Assembly: GCA_048270185.1 (NCBI GenBank)
Contig: JBLWTJ010000001.1
Coordinates: 1,536,001-1,600,000, forward strand
Direction: 5' to 3'
Length of the DNA stretch: 64,000 nucleotides
Source of the DNA: Bacteriovoracaceae bacterium
GTDB lineage: Bacteria > Bdellovibrionota > Bacteriovoracia > Bacteriovoracales > Bacteriovoracaceae
Shown here: piece by piece, positions 40,906-48,822 of the stretch
Layout: the number at the start of each line of letters is the position of its first letter
Position numbering within the stretch: position 1 is the first letter of the stretch
The notes under the pieces: generated by a model
Database searches by the model: none
What the model was told of the DNA's origin: nothing
Seen by the model: the letters and a program-made list of their open reading frames with translations, nothing else
Program-made: the position numbers and the translations under genes

Positions 40906-40974
40906 GATGTCCTCCTAGGTTAAAGATTTAATTGATGGCACTAGATATCTAAAATATTAATCTGTGTCAATTTA

Positions 40975-41919
40975 TTATAGGCCAAATGATTTTAATCCTC
41001 GGCGAGAAACATGGCTCTTGCCTTGTTGATCGATGACAAAACCAATTAATTCACGCTTATCAAGGTAAGTGATTGCTTCAGTTACAGAAAGATTCATTAG
41101 TATTGTTGCCGTCGTATCAGATTCAATGGCCGTTTCAGCAAGCACAGTACTTGCAATGACTTCCTCTCCACTAGTTCCACTTTTAGGATTGATGATATGG
41201 TGATCAGCGTGATCCTTAGCTTCAGGGTTAAAGTGAATATAACCTCCCGATGAGGCCACACTTCCACTCGTTAATTGAATTACACCAATTGATTTTGAAG
41301 CATCCTTAGATAGTGGGTTACGAATACCGATTCGCCATGGACGAGGAGCAGACTCATGGGAGTGAACTCTAATATCTCCTGATCCATTGACGTAGAAATT
41401 ATGCAGTCCTTCTTTCTTTAGGAGTTCAAAGACACGGTCAACAGCATATCCTTTACCAATACCACCAAGACCAATTCTCATATCTTGGTGAGGAAGAAAT
41501 ACACTCCTCTTTAATACGCCAAACTTAATTTTACGGTAGTCGATGAGAGCATGGCCTCGAGCTCGCTCAAGAGCAGAAAGTGTGCGCCCTTCATTCTTGG
41601 CCTTTCGCCAAAGATGTCCAATACTGGCAAATGTAATATCAAAAATACCGTTTGATTCTTTTGAGATTTCTTGAGATTTTTTAAGTAGATCCCAAAGTTC
41701 GTTATCAACGACAACTGGTTTCTGACCTGCGTTCACATTAATGTTATTTAGCTCACTCTCTTTAAAGTCTGTGAACTTATTTTCAATTCTTAAAACTTCT
41801 TCTTCGGCCTTTTTAAAGATGGCCAAAACATCTTCTTTTGAAAGAAAACTTTGAGGGAAGCACATTAACTTAAACTCCCCTCCCATGGCATTAAATATGT
41901 ACTCAGTCTGAATCGACAA
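40975..41919 (-). CDS. apbE: FAD:protein FMN transferase
   Basis: AMGG, SELNNIN.NAG, GIFDIT, LGGIGKGYAVD, SSGGY, HIINPKSG. Confidence 0.93.
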   Translation of the reverse strand: MSIQTEYIFNAMGGEFKLMCFPQSFLSKEDVLAIFKKAEEEVLRIENKFTDFKESELNNINVNAGQKPVVVDNELWDLLKKSQEISKESNGIFDITFASIGHLWRKAKNEGRTLSALERARGHALIDYRKIKFGVLKRSVFLPHQDMRIGLGGIGKGYAVDRVFELLKKEGLHNFYVNGSGDIRVHSHESAPRPWRIGIRNPLSKDASKSIGVIQLTSGSVASSGGYIHFNPEAKDHADHHIINPKSGTSGEEVIASTVLAETAIESDTTATILMNLSVTEAITYLDKRELIGFVIDQQGKSHVSRRGLKSFGL

Positions 41920-42354
41920 TTACAAATCCTTCGGCGGTTTATCACTGCTGTAGAGAATCTTCATCTTTGAATCGATAACAATCGAGCGAGGAAGTTCTGT
42001 TACATTAAGAGACTTTGAAACCTTACGATCATGATCTTCTAAAATCAGGTATGAAAACTTATGACGCTTTAAGAATTTAGTAATCTTCTTTGTCTTCTCT
42101 CCGGCATTAACGGCAATAAAGAGAGTACCTTGCTTTTCGTACTTGTTTTTTAATTCTTCAAGTTCTGGTATCTCTTGCACACAGGCCGTACACCAAGATG
42201 CCCAAAAATTAATGTAAACTTTCTTATACTTTTTCATTTCTGTCTTAAGACTGAAGGATTTATTAGTACCATAGATAGGTAGATTAAAATCTGTCACACT
42301 TTGAGAGAAAACATTGAAAGCTAAAAGACATAATAAGATAATCTTCTTCATCAT
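41920..42354 (-). CDS. TlpA-family thioredoxin-like disulfide reductase
   Basis: Signal peptide, NFWASWCTAC, LPRS. Confidence 0.92.
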   Translation of the reverse strand: MMKKIILLCLLAFNVFSQSVTDFNLPIYGTNKSFSLKTEMKKYKKVYINFWASWCTACVQEIPELEELKNKYEKQGTLFIAVNAGEKTKKITKFLKRHKFSYLILEDHDRKVSKSLNVTELPRSIVIDSKMKILYSSDKPPKDL

Positions 42355-42360
42355 TATTTC

Positions 42361-43524
42361 CTAGAACTGAAAGCCAATTGAAGATTGGATATAGGCATAG
42401 TAGAGACCATTTGATCTCTTATATCCTGTCACACCATTCTTCCAAGTAATATCATCAAAGTCCACACCGTAAATATTCTTAGCATTATAGTGATTTGTTA
42501 ACATAAAGCTCATCTCATAGGCGTCAAAGTCTTCAAGATCAGAATCACTTGTCATAAAATCTTCACTCGTTGCAAACATATCTTTATAATATTCGACACT
42601 TGATTGAGAGTGATATCTAAATGCCACTTCGAAAAAATCTTCGTCGTCATTAATCTCTTTCAAGAAAGCTAAGCGAATTGTATGAGCATCAAGATCCCAT
42701 TGATCAAAGTAGTAACGGTATGAAAAATTCATGGCCATCTCTTCATTAAAACCATGTACCCAACGAGTTGAAATAGCATAACGATCTCTTACATCTGGAA
42801 GTACTTCAACTTGTCTGACTCCACCAACGACAACTGAACTTGCCGTAGATTCTAAGTACCCATCAGCGTGAACATAAGTTAAACCAATTTGTGCGATATC
42901 ACGACGAGTGAGAATTTGTGAAGCCGTTAGACTTGTGGCTAAAATCTTTCGAGATAGGTCTTCAGAAATTGTTGCTGTTGCAGGTGTACTTAAATCTTCA
43001 AAGAGACTAACGGTATCGTCATAGTATTGAATACCAAGACCTAGTGTGAAGTTATCCTTGGCCATCGACCTTTCTATACTTAGATTTCCATTAAGTGATT
43101 TGTAATCATATTCGGAAGAAAATCCAATTCCACCACTTAGTGTCCAATCACCAATTTCCTTTGTTACTCCAACATTACCTGATAGTCGAGACTGACCGCC
43201 ACGCCCTGGTCCACTTGCCCCAGTTGCACCATCAAGTTTTGTATCTGAAGCTGCTGTCCAAAAGTCGAAGACAAAGTGTGCTTTAATTGCAGTATCTTCT
43301 GTGATTTGATGTTCAACAAAGAGCATCGGCTCAATAACATTGGCCTCTTCCTTTCCTGAGTTATCAAAAACCTGCTTCCCGTCATCACTATTTTGATGGT
43401 AGAGATTAAAGAGAAATTTAAATTTAGTTTTTCCTTCTTCTATCATTTTACCAAATGAATTTCTTGCTGAAAGTATAAGAAGAATAAGAGTAAGTAGAAT
43501 TCTTTTAAACTTAGTTACAACCAC
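42361..43524 (-). CDS. DUF3570-like outer-membrane beta-barrel
   Basis: GTG start overlapping the DUF4266 end; DGATGAS, SSEYDYKS, YRYYFDQW..AHT, SDSDL, terminal Phe. Confidence 0.8.
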   Translation of the reverse strand: MVVTKFKRILLTLILLILSARNSFGKMIEEGKTKFKFLFNLYHQNSDDGKQVFDNSGKEEANVIEPMLFVEHQITEDTAIKAHFVFDFWTAASDTKLDGATGASGPGRGGQSRLSGNVGVTKEIGDWTLSGGIGFSSEYDYKSLNGNLSIERSMAKDNFTLGLGIQYYDDTVSLFEDLSTPATATISEDLSRKILATSLTASQILTRRDIAQIGLTYVHADGYLESTASSVVVGGVRQVEVLPDVRDRYAISTRWVHGFNEEMAMNFSYRYYFDQWDLDAHTIRLAFLKEINDDEDFFEVAFRYHSQSSVEYYKDMFATSEDFMTSDSDLEDFDAYEMSFMLTNHYNAKNIYGVDFDDITWKNGVTGYKRSNGLYYAYIQSSIGFQF

Positions 43525-43714
43525 AACCACCTCCAACAGCAGCACTTCCACCGACAGCACCTTCTCTAAAGGCATGTACTTCTTCTTGGAAGACGCTTTC
43601 TTCAGGATGAGGATTAAGTTGCATAATTTTCTTTGATAAGAGACCTCGATCGATTTGATCAACGTTTGCACAAGACGCTAATAATAACAAAATCAGTAAT
43701 GTATATTTCTTCAT
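43511..43714 (-). CDS. DUF4266 lipoprotein
   Basis: Lipobox LASC; C-terminal REGA.GG...GGGCGCN. Confidence 0.88.
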   Translation of the reverse strand: MKKYTLLILLLLASCANVDQIDRGLLSKKIMQLNPHPEESVFQEEVHAFREGAVGGSAAVGGGCGCN

Positions 43715-43812
43715 AAAAATCCTTTTTTAGTATTTTAGATGTGAATTAAGGATCTTTTCAACAATACAAAAGTTTGAATCACACAACAGTAAATACTTGA
43801 TTACTCAAGTAT

Positions 43813-45153
43813 TTACTTTGGCGTCAGTGGACAAAGAGCATCAAGGACGAGTGAAGATGTCTTTGAGTAATTATCAAACCAAGCACATTCTTTTAAATCA
43901 CGGTAAGGATTAGATAAGAATAAAGAACCAGTAAGCTTCTTACTACAAAGAGCAATCGAGTTTTCGGCACCATTAATTAACTCATCTAACTTAGTTTGCA
44001 AGTTCTTTAGTGCTTCTTCGGATAGAATCTGATGAATTTGACTAAGAGGAACCCCCGTTCCATCTGGGTCAAGGTGATTAACAAAGAGTTGATTTGGATT
44101 CTGACGATTAAGAGGATAATCACGAAGCATCTGCCTACGACATACATCGAATCGGTCAACAATAGAAGTTTCATACTGAGAAGCATCCCCCATCATACGG
44201 GCCACTTCGATATTACGATAGAAATTAAACCACTGCCTACGATCAGGCTCCGTTGGAATAGGTAGTTTTGAATTTCGTTTTAGGTATTCAAAGAATGCAT
44301 TTTGAAATTCATCGTTATATCCCCAAGGTGTATATTCCATGGCCATATTAAGTCCCGCATCTGACGAAAGCATGGCCGATTTAATCTGTATTAAGAGTTT
44401 TCTAAACTGTTCAATATCTCTTAAATTTTGAATGGGAATTGTTAATGGATTAAGTCCTCTAAACTCTGCGTAGAGCACAGCTCTACGATTAGCTAGCTCA
44501 CGATTGAGTTCAGCTCTAATCTTAGGCTCAAGACTTGAGTCAAATAATCGAATATAAGTTTCGAGAAGATTCACAAATGACGTGTCATTTCCATCGGCAT
44601 CACGATTAAAGACTATATTAAACCAAGCTCCTGCATACTTATCGACAGAATTAACGTAACCACTGGCACATAACTCACCAAAGGAAAAGAAGTCGCCCGT
44701 TGTAATTAATTGCTTATAACGATCTTGTAAACTCACATAGTCCGTATCCCTTTCTCGCATAAATGTTGTCTTATGAAGCACCACTTGGACAGCACTTGAA
44801 ACTTTTTGATCTTGTTTCTTCAAGATAGCATCGACATGACTATTATAAATATTATTAAAATATTGACTAAAGAATGGATTATAAATAATCGTGCCCTGTA
44901 CTTTTTGTTCGACATTAAGTGAAATATTCGACTGCAAGGTTCCTTTAAAACCTTCTAAATCAAAGCAACTATTCGACTGTTTAAAAAGTCTTCTTGAAAA
45001 TCCATCGAGGAGTTTTAAATGTCCTTCTATTTGATTAACTCTAGGATCATCAATATAGAGAGAAGAGTGAAAATTTTCTTCAAAAGGAGAAGCCACAGTT
45101 GTGACTCCTCCAAAAAGATAAGTAAGTATAAGAAAATTAAATAGTGCTTTCAT
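43813..45153 (-). CDS. Secreted hypothetical protein, divergent paralogue of the upstream MACPF-like protein
   Basis: Signal peptide; motif-level alignment with 45153-46550; TAATG coupling. Confidence 0.75.
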   Translation of the reverse strand: MKALFNFLILTYLFGGVTTVASPFEENFHSSLYIDDPRVNQIEGHLKLLDGFSRRLFKQSNSCFDLEGFKGTLQSNISLNVEQKVQGTIIYNPFFSQYFNNIYNSHVDAILKKQDQKVSSAVQVVLHKTTFMRERDTDYVSLQDRYKQLITTGDFFSFGELCASGYVNSVDKYAGAWFNIVFNRDADGNDTSFVNLLETYIRLFDSSLEPKIRAELNRELANRRAVLYAEFRGLNPLTIPIQNLRDIEQFRKLLIQIKSAMLSSDAGLNMAMEYTPWGYNDEFQNAFFEYLKRNSKLPIPTEPDRRQWFNFYRNIEVARMMGDASQYETSIVDRFDVCRRQMLRDYPLNRQNPNQLFVNHLDPDGTGVPLSQIHQILSEEALKNLQTKLDELINGAENSIALCSKKLTGSLFLSNPYRDLKECAWFDNYSKTSSLVLDALCPLTPK

Positions 45154-46550
45154 TAGACTTCTTCATCCTCAATTACAACACGTGATAATTCAGGCATACA
45201 GTAATTATCAAGAAGAGGTGAAATCGGTACACTTGTTGTTCTAGCATCTAAGCATGCAGGAATATTTCTAAAGTGAACGGTATCAATCCCACCTTCATGA
45301 ATGGCCTTGATACAAGCAATGGCACCTGTCTCAGGTTCTGGTGTTGGTTCGGCCTGTCCATAATTAAAAATATAATTAGCAGTTAAATACTCTTCTACTT
45401 TTTCACTTGATAAAACAGAATCAAAAGAAGCTAGTGAAATTTCTTCACTTTGACGATTTGGTTGAGTTAAACTTGAAAAGAATGTATTTTCTGGATCAAA
45501 ACCTCCGTTGAAGTCGTCTTCAACATTTAAGTATTGATCTTCCAGAATTCGACGACAATTACTGGCCTTAAAATATTGGTCGATTTGGGCACGATCAATT
45601 CGATCAAGCTCACTAATAATCTCAGCATTGGCCTCTAGTGTTTTCTTCTTTTCAAAAAGAAGCTTACCTTCTTCATCTTCGAGCTCTAGCAAATCTTGAA
45701 ATTGTGTATTCTCTATCCAAGGTGCTACTTCCATCGAAGTGATTCGACCTGCATTAGGGTCTTGCATAGTCTTAACAACATCTCTAATTGAATCTTTGAA
45801 GCTATCAATATCTGTTGGAATAATATCAGCTAGCTCGCCTTTACCAAGTCCGTAGGCCCAAATATTAATTTCAAGGCGTTTCTCTTGAGTTGATTGTCTA
45901 AATTCATTTGAAATAGAAGTATCCGTTGAACCACCAGAGAAAAATCCACGCATCTTAGCTTTTAGTTTTAGCTCAAAGTTCACATCCCTTTCACTTGAAG
46001 TTGTACGATAGCGAAGAAGACCTAAGAAGCTTGAGTGACGGCCAATAGAGCGAACATAATATGGTCCACAAGAATCAAAAAAACCGACAACATCACCTTT
46101 AGTTAGTAGGCTTTGAGCACTCTCGCTTAATTTACTCTCACCTTCAGATAGGGAATGATAGTAACTATCCACATCAATATCTGCAAAGATATAGTGATAG
46201 TGGTAAGTCGTATTACCTGAGACTTCAGTAAAGACATTTACATTTGACTTAAGGAAGAGAAATTTGAAGCTATTCTTTGTTTCAAATGTTGTACGATATT
46301 CATTCTCCCAGTCTTGTTCAATTTCAAGATAGCGGTACTTAAGATCATATGATGGTTGTGTTGTTTTAACTTCCCCCATACACGTACTCTGATAAGTATT
46401 TGTCGCAATCGAATAGCCACGACCTAGAACAGGTGAGACTCCTAAGTCATTTAGCCTGTTATCTTTTATCACTCGCGAAGAAGCAAGTGTACTTACGGCA
46501 CTTGTGGCCAGTAACGACAACGCCATTGTCGTTTTCAATAGTTTTTTCAC
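45153..46550 (-). CDS. Secreted MACPF/CDC-like protein (putative pore-forming)
   Basis: GTG start after GGAGG; signal peptide; PVLGRGYS...C and FFDSCGPYYVRSI resemble MACPF motifs. Confidence 0.55.
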   Translation of the reverse strand: MKKLLKTTMALSLLATSAVSTLASSRVIKDNRLNDLGVSPVLGRGYSIATNTYQSTCMGEVKTTQPSYDLKYRYLEIEQDWENEYRTTFETKNSFKFLFLKSNVNVFTEVSGNTTYHYHYIFADIDVDSYYHSLSEGESKLSESAQSLLTKGDVVGFFDSCGPYYVRSIGRHSSFLGLLRYRTTSSERDVNFELKLKAKMRGFFSGGSTDTSISNEFRQSTQEKRLEINIWAYGLGKGELADIIPTDIDSFKDSIRDVVKTMQDPNAGRITSMEVAPWIENTQFQDLLELEDEEGKLLFEKKKTLEANAEIISELDRIDRAQIDQYFKASNCRRILEDQYLNVEDDFNGGFDPENTFFSSLTQPNRQSEEISLASFDSVLSSEKVEEYLTANYIFNYGQAEPTPEPETGAIACIKAIHEGGIDTVHFRNIPACLDARTTSVPISPLLDNYCMPELSRVVIEDEEV

Positions 46551-46671
46551 ATATCCTCCCTTGATATATTGTTTCAAAAAACTCTCAATAAAATATGCTT
46601 AATAAAAATCGCAAACGGAACTGATGTCAATTTAAGGAAGAGTAAAAATGTATTTAAGGAAAACTGAAGAA

Positions 46672-46762
46672 ATAAAAAAGGCCCTTGCGGATGCAAGGAC
46701 CTCTTTAATGTTCACAGACAGTAGCTGCAAACTGAGCAGTCATCCAGAGGATTCCTACCGTC
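46672..46762 (-). ncRNA. Candidate ~90-nt structured small RNA
   Basis: Extended -10 TGcTAAGAT at 46774-46766; three-way junction; GGTCCTTGC-atcc-GCAAGGGCC-TTTTTT terminator. Confidence 0.5.
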
Positions 46763-46897
46763 TTTATCTTAGCACCAAAACATGTTCAGGTGTCTTTTTC
46801 CGAGGTAAATTTTTATTCGTTCTCCCCTATGAATACTTGCTTGAAATGACAGTTTAACTTAAAATTATTGAATAATATGCCAACTGGGGAGAGGATA

Positions 46898-47641
46898 ATG
46901 TTTAAGCTTCTAGTCATCATATCGATGCTATTTTTTACATCATGTGCAACAAAAGTTCACGGCCTTCAAAAATCTGCTGACTTCAACTACACAAGTGTTG
47001 TTAGTGGGAAAATTTTAATTGGAGGAATTGTTCACACCAATGAAGAATGGGATTATAAGAAGAAAATTAGTATGGCCAATACATTTAAGACAGAGATCAG
47101 AGAAGAGCGTCGTGATATTCGCGTCGACAATGCAGGGTTTCTTGTCAAGAGAGTTGGACGTGGCATTTATCGTGAGATGTTAAGAGAGATTTCAGAAGAT
47201 GGATTCTTATCTGATGCCAATATAGAATTACTTGCAAAGTCAGTTAAGAAGTATCGCTACGTAGTTTTTGGGCGTATTGAAAATGATCGTGTCCAAAACT
47301 CAAGAAACGAAAGTGAAGTTCTTGATAGCCAGGGAAAAGCAACAGGCCGTCGTGAGGTAAAAGCACTTAGTCAACGCGATATGGATATTAACTTCCTTGT
47401 TTACGATTTAACAACAAAAACTCAGTCATGGAATGGAGTTATCAAGAAGTACGCACAAAATGAGCACAAGTACCTTCTTGAGAAAGAAACAAATTTAGGA
47501 AAAATCATTGATCTCTTTGCTGGAGTGAAATCACAAGATGATATGAATAAGAAGTACCCATTCCCTAAAGCACCTACTGATCGAAAGATTCTTGTTCAGG
47601 CCTTTAGAGGATTTGCTGAAAACTTACCTGAAAAAGATTAA
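46898..47641 (+). CDS. Hypothetical lipoprotein
   Basis: GGAGAGG RBS; lipobox FTSC. Confidence 0.78.
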   Translation: MFKLLVIISMLFFTSCATKVHGLQKSADFNYTSVVSGKILIGGIVHTNEEWDYKKKISMANTFKTEIREERRDIRVDNAGFLVKRVGRGIYREMLREISEDGFLSDANIELLAKSVKKYRYVVFGRIENDRVQNSRNESEVLDSQGKATGRREVKALSQRDMDINFLVYDLTTKTQSWNGVIKKYAQNEHKYLLEKETNLGKIIDLFAGVKSQDDMNKKYPFPKAPTDRKILVQAFRGFAENLPEKD

Positions 47642-47659
47642 AAACAATATAAAGGAAGG

Positions 47660-47914
47660 ATGAAGATGGAAAATATAAATATTATAACTTTTCTTGGATG
47701 GTGCACTGTCATTAACTTCATCCTTCTACTTGTTGCTGCGATTGCAGTTATCTTCCTACAGGGTCCTATCTCAAAAATACACTCTAAGTTATTTGATATT
47801 AAAGAAAAAAAGATCCGTCTTTCTTATTATAATTTTCTTGCAAATTATAAGATGCTCATCATTGTCTTTAATCTTGTCCCCTATATTGCTTTAAAAATTA
47901 TTACCACGCCTTAA
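47660..47914 (+). CDS. Small membrane protein (DUF6868-like)
   Basis: FLGWCTVIN...H.KLF...YK.LIIVFNLVPYIAL. Confidence 0.8.
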   Translation: MKMENINIITFLGWCTVINFILLLVAAIAVIFLQGPISKIHSKLFDIKEKKIRLSYYNFLANYKMLIIVFNLVPYIALKIITTP

Positions 47915-48815
47915 CAACGACAGTAATAACATCGAGATAATTTCCTGCTTCAGCATTTTGAGGGACAGTCCCTAACTCCACATAGAGTGGATAATTTTCA
48001 GCATTTTGTGAAGTTCCTGTATTTCGCTGAAACATATAAGTCTCTTGCCCTGCTGCTAAACTAGTATAGTTCGTTGGTCCAACTTTCACTTGATAAGGTA
48101 CTTCAGTAGGGCCATTAACTAATTTAGATCCATTTTGCGATGTCATATAAACACCAAATCCAACATTACCTTTAACATTCAAGGAAGCTGATTTAGTATC
48201 GCCACTTGTGAGATTGCCGAAGTCCATCACATATTGAGTCGCACTAGGATCATGAGCGCCATTTAAAGGTACTAAACTTAGCTCAGCGTAACGAGGAATA
48301 ATCAGCTGTAGATAAAAATAAGCTGTCGTTTGATATTCAAGATCACCATTACTCTTAATATTATAAAAGCTAACCTGGAGATTATCTCCAAAATATCCAG
48401 TCCCTGTTGTAAAGACAGTATCTAAATCAACCTGTTTTACATAAAATGAAAAGTTATAGTTAGAATTATCATTAATGAGATCACCTTGAATGTACTCATT
48501 TGCTTGAACAGCATCAGCGCTATCTTTTAAGACACTAGAAAGAGAACTGTCACTATAGAGATTATATGGAATAGACTGTCCATTACCAAATGCTTGGCGA
48601 TTGTAGCTACCAGCTCCCCCCATACTAAAGAAGGCACGAAAGTTTTCGCAATTCTTACTCTTTGATCCTCTCTTAATTGAAAAAGAATGAGATACAGCTT
48701 GGACTGAATTAGATATTGTTCCAACAAAATTACCAAGACTAATCGTATAATCACAATTAAGTGCTGTTGCCTGTCGCCCGACAAGTAATGAAAGTATAAA
48801 AATAATCTTCTTCAT
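47901..48815 (-). CDS. Spore-coat-U/Csu-type two-domain pilus tip subunit
   Basis: Signal peptide, IPYNLYSD, MDFGNL, AGNYLDVITV terminal strand. Confidence 0.8.
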   Translation of the reverse strand: MKKIIFILSLLVGRQATALNCDYTISLGNFVGTISNSVQAVSHSFSIKRGSKSKNCENFRAFFSMGGAGSYNRQAFGNGQSIPYNLYSDSSLSSVLKDSADAVQANEYIQGDLINDNSNYNFSFYVKQVDLDTVFTTGTGYFGDNLQVSFYNIKSNGDLEYQTTAYFYLQLIIPRYAELSLVPLNGAHDPSATQYVMDFGNLTSGDTKSASLNVKGNVGFGVYMTSQNGSKLVNGPTEVPYQVKVGPTNYTSLAAGQETYMFQRNTGTSQNAENYPLYVELGTVPQNAEAGNYLDVITVVVKAW

Positions 48816-48822
48816 TCCATAC

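Noticed and set aside
43525..43671. N-terminal extension of the DUF3570 ORF
   Set aside because: Out-of-frame overlap with DUF4266; the GTG at 43524 gives a normal signal peptide
46648..46857. 69-aa plus-strand ORF
   Set aside because: No recognisable motif; antisense to the candidate sRNA and terminator
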